Positions 48,641 to 58,707 of a stretch of 64,000 nucleotides of DNA are shown here, piece by piece. Position numbers and translations under genes: made by a program. The stretch comes from Bacteroidota bacterium (lineage in GTDB: Bacteria > Bacteroidota > Ignavibacteria > Ignavibacteriales > SURF-24). The notes under the pieces were generated by a model. That model did no database searches and was not told the DNA's origin. It saw only the letters and a list, made by a program, of their open reading frames with translations. The stretch lies in assembly GCA_030706145.1 (NCBI GenBank), contig JAUZPB010000006.1, forward strand, positions 5,135 to 69,134, read 5' to 3'. Numbering within the stretch: the stretch's first letter is position 1; the number at the start of each line of letters is the position of its first letter.

Positions 48641-49498
48641 ATGAACTTAAAAGTTACAAATGAAGCAAAGCACTTTACCAGTACTCCTGAAGTTACTGAT
48701 AAATATACCGCTGAGCAGAAGACAAAACTTGCAAAGGCCTCAAGGGACTTTGAAGGCTTGCTTACTTCAATGATGCTTAAAAGTATGACGAAAAATACCG
48801 AAGGCCTCTTTGGTGGTGAAGAGGGATTAGGCTCTGATATGTATCAGTCAATGTTTGAAAATGAAATCTCTTCTATGATCTCAAAATCCAAAGGTTTGGG
48901 CGTAGCAGAGGAACTCTATAAAAAACTAACAGGAGAGGACCTTCCTGCCGATGTCGTTGAAAGACTTTCTCATCTGGAAAAAGATACAAAAAAGGCTGAG
49001 GATGGCAAAAATGCACAGAGTAGTAGTACTGATGTAAAAAACGATGTTACGGGGGCAAAGACTGATAATTCAAATACTGCTATTGAACCTGCTAAAAAGA
49101 CTATGAATAGAATTAATAAATATGAAGATATTATCAATCAAGCCTCAAAAACCTATGGGGTCGATACAAATATTATTAAATCTGTCATTCTTGCAGAATC
49201 TGCAGGTAATGCTCGGGCTCAGTCTTCCACCAAAGCAAAAGGGCTTATGCAGCTAATGGATTCAACTGCCAGATCATTGGGAGTAAATAATGTTTGGGAT
49301 CCGAAAGAAAATATCTTTGGGGGGACTAAATATTTAGCGGGTTTGCTTCGACAATATAATGGAAATCTGAAGCTTGCTTTAGCTGCTTATAATGCTGGAC
49401 CAGGAAATGTTGATAGGTATAACGGGGTTCCTCCTTTTAATGAAACAAAAACTTATATCTCAAGAGTTATGGGATATCTTAATCACTTGAACGGATAA
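48641..49498 (+). CDS. flgJ: FlgJ rod-cap domain fused to an SLT lytic transglycosylase
   Basis: N-terminal ASRDFEGLL..MMLKSM. C-terminal AES.G...A.S...AKGLMQL and ALAAYNAGPG. Confidence 0.88.
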   Translation: MNLKVTNEAKHFTSTPEVTDKYTAEQKTKLAKASRDFEGLLTSMMLKSMTKNTEGLFGGEEGLGSDMYQSMFENEISSMISKSKGLGVAEELYKKLTGEDLPADVVERLSHLEKDTKKAEDGKNAQSSSTDVKNDVTGAKTDNSNTAIEPAKKTMNRINKYEDIINQASKTYGVDTNIIKSVILAESAGNARAQSSTKAKGLMQLMDSTARSLGVNNVWDPKENIFGGTKYLAGLLRQYNGNLKLALAAYNAGPGNVDRYNGVPPFNETKTYISRVMGYLNHLNG

Positions 49499-49507
49499 AA
49501 GGTTATT

Positions 49508-49960
49508 ATGGAAGTCAAAGATTTAATCGAAAATCTGAAACAACAGAAGAAAAACCTCTCACAACTATTTAATGCGGCTTCTTTAAAGCAGAAGGCTTTA
49601 GTACAGTTAAACTATGAGGATCTTGAAAAATCGATCTCAACTGAAGAAAGGACACTTGTTAATATTCAGCAGACCGAAAAGCACAGAATAAGTATTCTTG
49701 CAGAACTCTATTTGGGTTATTCAATTCATTGTGAGACTCCAAAACTCTCTGAGTTTATTGAGAAAACAAAAGAGCATATTGGTGCTAAGACTCTTGAAAA
49801 CATTTCTTTGCATGAAAAAGAGTTAAAGAAGCTCATAAAACAGATTTCTGTAATAAATCAGCAAAATAAATATTTAATAGAAAATTCCAGGGCCTTTATT
49901 AAAGAAACAATTACTTCGCTTCTTAATAAAAATAAATCTCTGCTAGACAGAAGAGTATAA
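49508..49960 (+). CDS. flgN: FlgN export chaperone
   Basis: Helical 150 aa protein with N..N..LI motif and LLDRRV end, directly before flgK. Confidence 0.8.
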   Translation: MEVKDLIENLKQQKKNLSQLFNAASLKQKALVQLNYEDLEKSISTEERTLVNIQQTEKHRISILAELYLGYSIHCETPKLSEFIEKTKEHIGAKTLENISLHEKELKKLIKQISVINQQNKYLIENSRAFIKETITSLLNKNKSLLDRRV

Positions 49961-49966
49961 ACAATC

Positions 49967-51361
49967 ATGGGAATATCAAGAGTTTTTGACATAGCAAGCC
50001 GCAGTTTGGGGGTTTATCAAAGAGCACTCGATGCAACATCCCATAACGTAGCAAATGCCAGTAACCCGGATTATACGCGCTCAAAGGTTATTCTCGCTAC
50101 CGAAAGAGCCGAACCAATCGCTGGTGGCGAATGGGGCTCTGGTGTAAAAGTGCAGGACATACAGAGGATAAGAATGAGTCTTCTGGATTCACAAACCAGG
50201 CTTTATAATTCTAAACATTCAGATGCTAGCAAACGCTCGGATGTCCTTTCACAGGTGGAGACTTTCCTCTCTGAACCTTCTGATCAGGGGATATCTAAGC
50301 TTACAAATGCTTTCTTTAGCTCATGGGATAAACTTTCTTCAACTCCAAGTTCAATCCCTTTAAGAAATGATGTAATTCAGGCGGCTCAGAATCTTACAAC
50401 TAAAATTCAGAATGTTTATGAGGGCCTGACTCAAACTAAAATGGACCTCCGTACCGACCTAAATGATAATCTTACTGAGCTGAATAACGGACTTAAAAAT
50501 ATTCAAAGTTTGAATAGACAGATTTTTGAGGCCAGATCAGCTGACCAGTCGGTTAATGATCTTCTTGATTCAAGAGATAAAGCTATTGATGATTTAAGCA
50601 AACTGGCTAACCTTTCTATTGGTTTCGACGATAAAGGAAATGCTAATATTTCAATAGGTGGCGCTTTTGCTGTTGATGGCTCTAATTATTCTGAGTTTAA
50701 GTCTGATGTCCAAAACGGACAGCTTCAGATTACTACTTCAGATGGGAGCGCTAAGGTTACACTAAATAGCGGTGAACTTTATGCCATTACAGATCTCTAT
50801 ACGAATACTATTTCCGGATATCAGAATAAAATTGATACTTTTGCTCAGCAGATTATGACCTCTGTCAACCAAATTCATAAACAGGGTTATGACCTAAATG
50901 CTACTAGTGCAACAACTTCACCTAACGGAGAGGATTTCTTTTCCAGTTATGGTAGTGGAATACTGAAAATTAATCCTAACATTGCAGGAGATCCAAGCGT
51001 AGGAATTGCTTCTGACCCCCGGAAAATTGCAGTCTCTTCGAATAATCAGAATGGAAATGGAGACATTGCTGTAAAACTTGCTCAAGCTGCCTCCAGTAAA
51101 GCAATTAATGGGCAGACTATTAGTGAGTATTATTCTTCGCTTGTCAGTTCAATTGGAGGTGATAAGCAGCTTAGCGATCAGAATGCTGATTCGAACCAGC
51201 TGGTATTAGATCAGTTGGGTGTTCAGAAGTCATCAGTTTCCGGCGTTTCAGTCGATGAGGAAATGACAAACGTTATTAAATTTCAAAGATCCTATGATGC
51301 TTCTGCAAAACTTATAAAAGTTGCCGATGAAATGCTCCAGACTCTAATCAATATGGTGTAA
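49967..51361 (+). CDS. flgK: Hook-associated protein FlgK
   Basis: HNVANASNPDYTR and SVSGVSVDEEMTN...FQRSYDASAK. Confidence 0.96.
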   Translation: MGISRVFDIASRSLGVYQRALDATSHNVANASNPDYTRSKVILATERAEPIAGGEWGSGVKVQDIQRIRMSLLDSQTRLYNSKHSDASKRSDVLSQVETFLSEPSDQGISKLTNAFFSSWDKLSSTPSSIPLRNDVIQAAQNLTTKIQNVYEGLTQTKMDLRTDLNDNLTELNNGLKNIQSLNRQIFEARSADQSVNDLLDSRDKAIDDLSKLANLSIGFDDKGNANISIGGAFAVDGSNYSEFKSDVQNGQLQITTSDGSAKVTLNSGELYAITDLYTNTISGYQNKIDTFAQQIMTSVNQIHKQGYDLNATSATTSPNGEDFFSSYGSGILKINPNIAGDPSVGIASDPRKIAVSSNNQNGNGDIAVKLAQAASSKAINGQTISEYYSSLVSSIGGDKQLSDQNADSNQLVLDQLGVQKSSVSGVSVDEEMTNVIKFQRSYDASAKLIKVADEMLQTLINMV

Positions 51362-51363
51362 AA

Positions 51364-52323
51364 ATGAGAATAACAGATTCAATACTGGCATCTAACCTTA
51401 TTACGTCTTTGAATAAATCAAAAGAATCTATTAATTCTTTGCAAAATCAGATCGCAACAAATTCAAAGATCAATAAACCCTCAGATTCACCTAGCGGTAT
51501 TTCCAGGGTTTTACGCCTTGATGACCAGATTGCAAATATTGATACATTTAAAAGTAATATTGATAATTCACTGGCCTTTGCCCAAACCTCTATCGACTCT
51601 ATGCAGGCTATTCAGGATGAGATCGAGAAAATTAATGTCATGTTTACAGATATTAATAATCCTACAAACCAGTCTAGCTTTAATACTTATGGAGACAAGA
51701 TCGATCTTGCCATTAAATCTCTTGTCGATCTGGCAAATGCTGAATATGACGGAAAATATGTATTCGGTGGCACCGATTTTTCGAAAAAGCCATTTGACTT
51801 TAGCTCGACAACTGTCGTAAACCCCGCAACAGGGCAGAATACGACGACTGTTATGCAAAATGTAAATACACAAGGTGTTCAAAACGTAAGAATTAGTACT
51901 AATATAATACAAAAGATCAATACTACAGGACAGGAAGTATTCGGGACCTTGCCAAATACCGGCAATACCCCTCCTGATAGCCCAAATCTTGCTAGTACTG
52001 ATATTTTTAACACTCTTATTAGAGTAAGAGACAATCTGAAAAGCGGCCAGAAACCAGCTAATGCCGATATTCAGATTGTAAAAAAATTTGGAGAAAATCT
52101 TCTTGTAAAGACTACCTCGGCAGGTGAAATTCAAAACCGCCTGGATTCGACTAGTGATATGCTCGATAATCAGAAATTGGAGCTCCAGAACCTGCTTTCA
52201 AAGGAAAAAGATACTGATGTTGCCAAGGCTGTAATCGACCTGCAGAACCAGCAGTACTTTCTTGAGATGTCCTATAAAATGGCTTCAATGACTTTACCTA
52301 AATCTTTACTGGATTACTTATAA
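51364..52323 (+). CDS. flgL: Hook-associated protein FlgL
   Basis: MRIT, KINKPSDSP, GKYVFGG and SLLDYL. Confidence 0.94.
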   Translation: MRITDSILASNLITSLNKSKESINSLQNQIATNSKINKPSDSPSGISRVLRLDDQIANIDTFKSNIDNSLAFAQTSIDSMQAIQDEIEKINVMFTDINNPTNQSSFNTYGDKIDLAIKSLVDLANAEYDGKYVFGGTDFSKKPFDFSSTTVVNPATGQNTTTVMQNVNTQGVQNVRISTNIIQKINTTGQEVFGTLPNTGNTPPDSPNLASTDIFNTLIRVRDNLKSGQKPANADIQIVKKFGENLLVKTTSAGEIQNRLDSTSDMLDNQKLELQNLLSKEKDTDVAKAVIDLQNQQYFLEMSYKMASMTLPKSLLDYL

Positions 52324-53102
52324 TGCTAAAGAAACTGGGTAGTATAAATGGCCTTGTTTTAGGTGCCGCCTGTATCTTCGGCGCTTATCTTTTTGAGGGC
52401 GGATCCGTAAAAGCTTTATTCCTTATCCCCCCAATAATAATTGTCTTTGGCGGGACATTTTCTGCTGCAATTATTGGATTTGGTTTTAACAGGTTTAAGA
52501 ATATCATTTCTCTAATGAAAATGGCTTACTTTAAAGAGAAATATGATATTAATGCTCTTGTATATTCTCTGATCGAGTTTTCTATTATTTCTCGGAAAGA
52601 AGGACTGCTTTCGCTGGAAAAACAACTTGATAAAGTTAGTTATACTTACCCTAGAAAACTGGTTAGATTAGTTGTCGATGGCACTGACCCTGATTCTTTG
52701 CAAAATATTGCTCATGCTGAGATGAAGGCTATGCAAGATAGACATTACTCAAATATAATGATCTTTACAAAAATGGGGGGATATGCCCCAACAATGGGAA
52801 TTCTTGGAACAGTAATGGGTCTTGTTATGACTCTAGCTCATGCCGGTGAGGACCCGAATAACTTAATTCATAGTATTGCAACTGCATTTATTGCTACTTT
52901 ATGGGGAGTCCTTAGTGCAAATCTTATTTGGCTTCCAGTTGGAGATAAACTAAAACAATGTCATCTGGAAGAAAAACATATGATGGAGATCTCTTTGGAG
53001 GGAGTACTGGCATTGCAGAGTGGGGAGATTCCCTCGGTAGTGAAAGCCAGACTGTTAAGTATGCTCCCACAAAGCGAACAAGAAAAAATTATGACAGTCT
53101 AG
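52323..53102 (+). CDS. motA: Stator protein MotA (set 1, MotP/PomA-like)
   Basis: SRKEGLLSLE, GGYAPTMGILGTVMG and AFIATLWG. Confidence 0.93.
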   Translation: MLKKLGSINGLVLGAACIFGAYLFEGGSVKALFLIPPIIIVFGGTFSAAIIGFGFNRFKNIISLMKMAYFKEKYDINALVYSLIEFSIISRKEGLLSLEKQLDKVSYTYPRKLVRLVVDGTDPDSLQNIAHAEMKAMQDRHYSNIMIFTKMGGYAPTMGILGTVMGLVMTLAHAGEDPNNLIHSIATAFIATLWGVLSANLIWLPVGDKLKQCHLEEKHMMEISLEGVLALQSGEIPSVVKARLLSMLPQSEQEKIMTV

Positions 53103-53782
53103 AGACTGAGGATGCTTTCTTTAACGAAGAAAACGATAAAGATAGGTATTTAGTTACTTACGCCGATCTTATTACACTTCTTCTTGGATTGTTTATCATT
53201 CTTTATGCAATGTCTAATATTGACCTTGAGAAGTATCACAAAGTAATGTTTGCTATGGGCAACGTACTGGGTGTTAAGGAAAGTGTTATTCCGGGAGTCT
53301 CGGACAAAAAAGTTGAAATAAGGAATAATATTAACCCAATAAATGGTCTAAAGTCTAATCTTCAGAACGTAATTTCTCAAAACTCACTCGATAATTCAAT
53401 TCGGCTCGAGGAAAACGAAAGAGGAATTACTATTCATATACTTGATGATATACTCTTTGCTTCTGCTAATGCGGAAATAAATGAAAGTTCAAAGGGAATC
53501 TTAGATAGACTTGCTTCTGTAATAAAGACATTGCCCAATGATATTAGAATTGAAGGGCATACAGACAATGTCCCGATCAAAGCTTCAGTTTATGCCTCAA
53601 ACTGGCATTTATCGGTTGCAAGAGCCTTAAATACGGCATACTATTTAATTAACAGCCAGGGACTTTCGCCCGAAAAGGTCTCAATTGTCGGATATTCTGA
53701 ATACCGTCCTGTTACTACTAATAAAACTTCTGAAGGAAGACGTAGCAATAGACGTGTAGATATCGTAATTTTGAAGAAATAA
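52958..53782 (+). CDS. motB: Stator protein MotB (set 1)
   Basis: YLVTYADLITLL TM, OmpA-like IEGHTD, NWHLS.ARA and NRRVDI. Start overlaps motA by 145 nt. Confidence 0.9.
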   Translation: MSSGRKTYDGDLFGGSTGIAEWGDSLGSESQTVKYAPTKRTRKNYDSLETEDAFFNEENDKDRYLVTYADLITLLLGLFIILYAMSNIDLEKYHKVMFAMGNVLGVKESVIPGVSDKKVEIRNNINPINGLKSNLQNVISQNSLDNSIRLEENERGITIHILDDILFASANAEINESSKGILDRLASVIKTLPNDIRIEGHTDNVPIKASVYASNWHLSVARALNTAYYLINSQGLSPEKVSIVGYSEYRPVTTNKTSEGRRSNRRVDIVILKK

Positions 53783-53797
53783 TTTTTAGACACACAA

Positions 53798-54181
53798 ATG
53801 AAAATCTATACAAATCAATTTGGTGAGATTGAATTCGATGAAAATATGATAATCGAATTCAAGGATGGCATTATAGGCTTTGAGGAGTACAAAAAATACC
53901 TCCTTATTAATTCAGGTGAAGAGCTGATTATGTGGCTTACTTCGGTCGACGAACCGGAAATAGTATTCCCTTTGTGCAGTATCCGGATACTCATGGATGA
54001 ATATCCGGAAGAATCAGGCTCGGAACCCTTCGGAATTGTTAAACTTGATCCCGATCCATTAAAAATTACTATAAATCTAAAGGCTCCGGTCTATATTGAC
54101 CAGGATAAAAAGAGCGGATTTCAAAAGATTTTAGATGAAGATAATCTGCCTATTGATTATATTCTCTTCACAGAAAATTAA
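53798..54181 (+). CDS. fliW: Flagellar assembly factor FliW
   Basis: T.QFGEIE, F..GIIGFE and T.NLKAPV. Confidence 0.92.
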   Translation: MKIYTNQFGEIEFDENMIIEFKDGIIGFEEYKKYLLINSGEELIMWLTSVDEPEIVFPLCSIRILMDEYPEESGSEPFGIVKLDPDPLKITINLKAPVYIDQDKKSGFQKILDEDNLPIDYILFTEN

Positions 54182-54192
54182 CAGGTGAGATT

Positions 54193-54435
54193 ATGCTTGT
54201 TTTGTCAAGAAAATTGAACGAAGAAATTAGAATTAGCGCTGATATTGTTATTAAAGTCATCTCACTATCTGAAAATCAGGTAAAGATAGGAATTGAAGCT
54301 CCTGGAAGTGTGAAAATTCTGCGCGGAGAGGTATATGAGAAAATTAAGGAAAACACAATTGCTGCCTCTGAAAGCAGTAAACAAAAACTTGCAGGCGATA
54401 TATCCAAATTAAGGGTAAATAAAATAAAGAAATGA
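54193..54435 (+). CDS. csrA: Carbon storage regulator CsrA
   Basis: MLVLSRK..E.I.I and [15 protein letters not shown]. Confidence 0.96.
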   Translation: MLVLSRKLNEEIRISADIVIKVISLSENQVKIGIEAPGSVKILRGEVYEKIKENTIAASESSKQKLAGDISKLRVNKIKK

Positions 54436-55157
54436 TGGAACAAACTGGTAAAATTAAAGTTTTAGTAGTAGATGATTCTGATGTAATCCGCCATGCATTA
54501 AAAACTTTTTTTGAGGATTACAACTTTGAGGTGATAACTTGCTTAGATGGCTTAGAGGGATTACAAAAGGCTACGGAGTTTAAACCGAATTTAATATTCC
54601 TTGACCTTATGATGCCTAACTTTGATGGCTTAAAAATGCTGCAAGTTATCAAAGTCTTAGATAATCTTAAGCATATCCCTGTTATTGTTATTAGTGCTAA
54701 TACAGATAGGCGTAATGTACTGGCTGCTATTGAGGCAGGAGCAAACCGCGTCTTATCAAAACCATTGCAAAAGGAAATGATTATTAAATATGTAAATGAA
54801 ATCCTTGGCAGTGAAACTTTAACAAAGTCTAAAAAGAAAAAGGTCTTCTCAGATGGTGAAAAAAATGATATTCAGAAAACTCTTCTTAGATTTTTCCTGA
54901 ATAGTTTCCCAGAGAAGAAAAACAGAATGCAATCGGCTTTGGAGCAAAAGAATAAGGATCTCCTTAGAATAGTTGCCCATGAACTAAGAGGTAATGGAGG
55001 CACTATTGGCTTTCAGGAACTGACTGTAATGGGTGGTGAAATTGAAGATAAAATTATCGCCGGCGAAATTGACTGGCCGCTGATGGAAACAAAGTGTGAA
55101 AAGATTCTGGCACTCGTCAGCGAAATTGAAAATATTAATCAAACACAGGGTAAATAG
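54432..55157 (+). CDS. Receiver + HPt domain protein
   Basis: VVDDS...LDLMMP...KP REC domain and [13 protein letters not shown] HPt motif. Confidence 0.88.
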   Translation: MMEQTGKIKVLVVDDSDVIRHALKTFFEDYNFEVITCLDGLEGLQKATEFKPNLIFLDLMMPNFDGLKMLQVIKVLDNLKHIPVIVISANTDRRNVLAAIEAGANRVLSKPLQKEMIIKYVNEILGSETLTKSKKKKVFSDGEKNDIQKTLLRFFLNSFPEKKNRMQSALEQKNKDLLRIVAHELRGNGGTIGFQELTVMGGEIEDKIIAGEIDWPLMETKCEKILALVSEIENINQTQGK

Positions 55158-55159
55158 GA

Positions 55160-56017
55160 ATGTTCATACTTGTCGGCGGAGCAGTCGTTCTCGTCTCAGT
55201 TGTCGTTGGTTTTATGCTTTCTGGTGGAAATGTAATGCTATTGTTCCAACCCTATGAATTCCTTGTTATAGGTGGCGCAGCTATTGGTAGCTTACTGATA
55301 AACGCTCCTTTATCTACTATTAAAAAGATTATTGCTGCTATTCCCGGCGCCATTTCTTTTAAGGGAAGTCATAAGGAAGATTATCTGGAACTCCTAAAAG
55401 CATTTAATGACCTTTTCCTGGTCGCTCAAAGAGATGGACTTATTGCTATTGAAAAACATATTGAAAAACCTGAGGAAAGCGAAATACTCTCTCGCAACAA
55501 AAAGTTTATTAAAGATAATTTTGCCCGTAGCTTCTTTTGCGATACTATGAAGGTTATGCTCTCCGGTGGTGTCCCGGCTCATGAAATTGAAGCTCTGCTC
55601 GATACTGAGATCGAAACCTTTGAAATGGAACAGAAACCTATTCCTGCAATTCTGAATAAGACAGGTGATGCTTTACCTGGACTTGGAATTGTTGCGGCAG
55701 TACTGGGTATTATTATTACTATGGGTGCTATTAGTGAAGGTGCCGAAACTGTAGGTCACCATGTGGCTTCTGCACTGGTAGGTACTTTTACAGGTATTCT
55801 TTTGTCTTATGGATTTGTCGGACCACTAGCCGGAAATATAGAGCAGAATCTCGAACACCAGGTACGCTACCTTGAAACAATCAAAGCATGTATTGTTGCT
55901 TATGCTAAAGGTAACCCACCAATTATCGCAGTAGAAATTGCAAGAAGAACTATTTTTACTGATGAAAGACCTACCTTCCAGGAACTTGAAAACTACATCA
56001 GAGGAAAGAAGGACTAA
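55160..56017 (+). CDS. motA: Stator protein MotA (set 2, E. coli-like)
   Basis: QPYEFLVIGGAA, RDGLIAIE and DALPGLGIVAAVLG. Confidence 0.95.
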   Translation: MFILVGGAVVLVSVVVGFMLSGGNVMLLFQPYEFLVIGGAAIGSLLINAPLSTIKKIIAAIPGAISFKGSHKEDYLELLKAFNDLFLVAQRDGLIAIEKHIEKPEESEILSRNKKFIKDNFARSFFCDTMKVMLSGGVPAHEIEALLDTEIETFEMEQKPIPAILNKTGDALPGLGIVAAVLGIIITMGAISEGAETVGHHVASALVGTFTGILLSYGFVGPLAGNIEQNLEHQVRYLETIKACIVAYAKGNPPIIAVEIARRTIFTDERPTFQELENYIRGKKD

Positions 56018-56019
56018 AA

Positions 56020-56799
56020 ATGAGTTTGGGCGAAGGTAATGGTCCTATAATAATACAGAAGAAAAAGAAGGGCCATGAAGGCCACCACGGCGGAGCATGG
56101 AAGGTGGCTTATGCCGATTTCGTAACGGCAATGATGGCTCTTTTTATTGTCCTTTGGATACTTGGTCAAAGCGAACAGGTAAAACAAGCTGTCTCTGGCT
56201 ATTTTAAGGATCCTGTGGGCTTTGAATCTAAAAGCCGGGGCATGCTCAACGGTAAGGGCGCTGCTATTATCGATATGAATGCAAAAGCTGAAATGGACTT
56301 TAAAGCCAAGGAAATGCAAAAACTCGCCTCTATGGGTGAAGCCCTTTCTCAGGAGTTAAAGGCTAATCCTGAATTCAAGGATCTGATGGATCAAATAAAA
56401 ATTGAGATAGTCGATGAGGGCCTAAAAATTGAAATTCAGGACTCATATAAGGATGTTTTCTTCGAAATTGGTACCTCAGAGCTTAAACCTGCTGCGCAGC
56501 TTCTTCTTGAAAGGATCGGCGGTGAACTTGAAAAACTTCCCAATATGGTAATTGTTGAGGGCCATACGGATTCACGCCCTTATAGCGGTAACGGCCGCGG
56601 TTATACTAACTTCGAACTTAGCGCTGATAGAGCTAATTCCGCTAGAAGAGCACTTACTAAGGGTGGACTTAGCCCTGTCCAGTTTGATGAGATAAGAGGG
56701 TATGCTGATAGAAGGCTTAAGAATAAACAAGATCCTTATGATATTACAAATAGAAGAATTAGTATTATTGTAAAATATAGTGGAAAGAAAAATGGATAA
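56020..56799 (+). CDS. motB: Stator protein MotB (set 2, proton-type)
   Basis: HHGGAWKVAYADFVTAMMALF, GHTDS, LSADRAN and NRRISI. Confidence 0.95.
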   Translation: MSLGEGNGPIIIQKKKKGHEGHHGGAWKVAYADFVTAMMALFIVLWILGQSEQVKQAVSGYFKDPVGFESKSRGMLNGKGAAIIDMNAKAEMDFKAKEMQKLASMGEALSQELKANPEFKDLMDQIKIEIVDEGLKIEIQDSYKDVFFEIGTSELKPAAQLLLERIGGELEKLPNMVIVEGHTDSRPYSGNGRGYTNFELSADRANSARRALTKGGLSPVQFDEIRGYADRRLKNKQDPYDITNRRISIIVKYSGKKNG

Positions 56800-57190
56800 A
56801 AACATTATTATTGTCGAGGATGACCCCTTTACACAGGAATTCTATAAGTATTTGTTCTCTAAGACAAAATATAAATCTATTACGATGGAAGATGGCGACA
56901 AACTTATGGATATTATCCAAAATGATAATGTCGGTATGATAATTATGGATATTAACCTTAAAAATACTTATCTGAATGGCGAAAAAGTTGACGGTGTTAT
57001 TTTATCAAAAAAAATTAAACAAAGCGAAAAACACTCTAAAATCCCTATTCTTTTGGTTACTGCATACCAGAAAAATATTGGGCCAAATAACTACTTTGAA
57101 GAAAGCCTTGCTGATGACTATATTGTAAAACCGATACTTGATTACAATGACCTTTTAAAGAAGGTTAATAGCTTAATATCTGAAAATTAA
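56792..57190 (+). CDS. Single-domain response regulator
   Basis: IVEDD, MDI, VTA and KP. Confidence 0.88.
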   Translation: MDKNIIIVEDDPFTQEFYKYLFSKTKYKSITMEDGDKLMDIIQNDNVGMIIMDINLKNTYLNGEKVDGVILSKKIKQSEKHSKIPILLVTAYQKNIGPNNYFEESLADDYIVKPILDYNDLLKKVNSLISEN

Positions 57191-57207
57191 ACTAGATAAA
57201 TGTTACG

Positions 57208-57867
57208 ATGGAAAAAGATAGAATTTTAATAGTTGAAGATGAAGAAGATACAAGATTTATTCTTGAGCGTCTCTTAAGCAAAAATGATTACGAGGCTAAG
57301 TCCGCCAGAAATGGATCCGAAGCCCTTGAGATCATTGAACAATACCAGCCAAAGGTGATCATTGCCGACTGGACTATGCCGGTTATGGATGGACTGGAAT
57401 TGTGTAATTTGGTTAAGAAAAATGAAAAATATAAGCTTATCTATTTTATTCTTCTTACAGCTAGAGCCTCTTTGAAAGATAGAGTTATGGGACTCGATAT
57501 TGGCGCCGATGATTTCCTTGTAAAACCTGTCGAAAACCAGGAACTTTTGGCCCGAATTCGCTCGGGTATAAGGATTCATAACCTCCAGAATGAACTCAGA
57601 AGCATTGAGCATAATAAAGCTCTTGTCGAAATGGCTTGTACAATTGGCCATCAGATAAACAATCCACTAAGTAGCCTTATTATGTCTGTAAAAACTCTCC
57701 AGGAAGAACTAGATAGCTCAAAGGCTAAGAAAGTGGAAGACGACTTCTATATCATTAATGAATCAATTGAAAGAATTAAGAAGTTTGTTCAGGCCCTTGT
57801 GAACCTGGAAAACCCGGAAATCGTTAATTATACCTCTGATAGTAAGATGATCAGAATAAAACAGTAA
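57208..57867 (+). CDS. Receiver + HisKA-only protein (no ATPase domain)
   Basis: REC (DWTMPVMDG) followed by IGHQINNPL and ending without an HATPase domain. Confidence 0.85.
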   Translation: MEKDRILIVEDEEDTRFILERLLSKNDYEAKSARNGSEALEIIEQYQPKVIIADWTMPVMDGLELCNLVKKNEKYKLIYFILLTARASLKDRVMGLDIGADDFLVKPVENQELLARIRSGIRIHNLQNELRSIEHNKALVEMACTIGHQINNPLSSLIMSVKTLQEELDSSKAKKVEDDFYIINESIERIKKFVQALVNLENPEIVNYTSDSKMIRIKQ

Positions 57868-57878
57868 AAGACATTTCA

Positions 57879-57947
57879 CCCCCCCATCCCTACGCCCCTT
57901 GTCCTGTTTGTCCCCTAGTCACCTTGTCTCCCCGTCCTTTTCCCCCC
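57879..57947. repeat. C-rich low-complexity tract (G-rich on the minus strand)
   Basis: Six runs of 3-7 C with recurring TTGTC units. Confidence 0.6.
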
Positions 57948-57999
57948 GCTTACCTTTGGGGGCCAGCCTAAAAGTAATTATTTCTTTTCTATCATCTCC

Positions 58000-58026
58000 T
58001 CAACATTGGAAAAAACATGCCGATAA
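58000..58026 (+). promoter_or_regulatory. Sigma28 (FliA) promoter
   Basis: TCAA-N15-GCCGATAA, 24 nt upstream of 58051. Confidence 0.8.
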
Positions 58027-58050
58027 TAATATAAGGAATAATCTATCTAT

Positions 58051-58707
58051 ATGTTAGACCGAATTATCAATATTAAAACCGATTTAAACTATAAAGGTAG
58101 TAAATACTCTGGCCCGGCTACTAAGTACAGGAATGTCTTGCCGGGAAAGATGAGTATTAATGATACAATCTCCTTTTCTCCGGCTGTTCATTACCTGGCC
58201 AGGATCAACTGGCGCTTAAAGGAAATTATTGGCCGTGGCAAGGAAACAGTAAAAATTGTCTTTCTTGTAAGTGAATTTGAATTTCAGGCTGAAATTGACC
58301 TGGTTAGATTCAATAGCCAGAGCCGTCAGTTTTTTGATATTATTAAGACTATTCAGAATGCAAAAAACAAAGAAGAACGAATTATTCTTACAGTATCGGT
58401 TGGAAAAGATAATTATAGCCTAAGAGATGATATTCAGGTCCTTGAATTAAATGGACTTAGAAAGCTGTTCCAAAGAATTGCTTTTCTTGAAGTCGCAAAT
58501 GAAATAAGTAAATTTGATAGTATTGCACTTAAAGATCTGATGGATGAAATAAATTTCAATATTATCAGAGAATTTGAATATATTAATACAGCTTTTTTTA
58601 CTTTAGTTGAAAAGCTGATACCTGAAAAAAGCCTTCAAGGCCACAAATTTGAAGAACAGGTCGAACCCGTAATAATTGAAAAAATAAAAGTGCTGGCTAA
58701 TGAGTAG
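58051..58707 (+). CDS. Hypothetical protein
   Basis: ORF with AAGGA RBS, overlapping the next gene. Confidence 0.7.
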   Translation: MLDRIINIKTDLNYKGSKYSGPATKYRNVLPGKMSINDTISFSPAVHYLARINWRLKEIIGRGKETVKIVFLVSEFEFQAEIDLVRFNSQSRQFFDIIKTIQNAKNKEERIILTVSVGKDNYSLRDDIQVLELNGLRKLFQRIAFLEVANEISKFDSIALKDLMDEINFNIIREFEYINTAFFTLVEKLIPEKSLQGHKFEEQVEPVIIEKIKVLANE

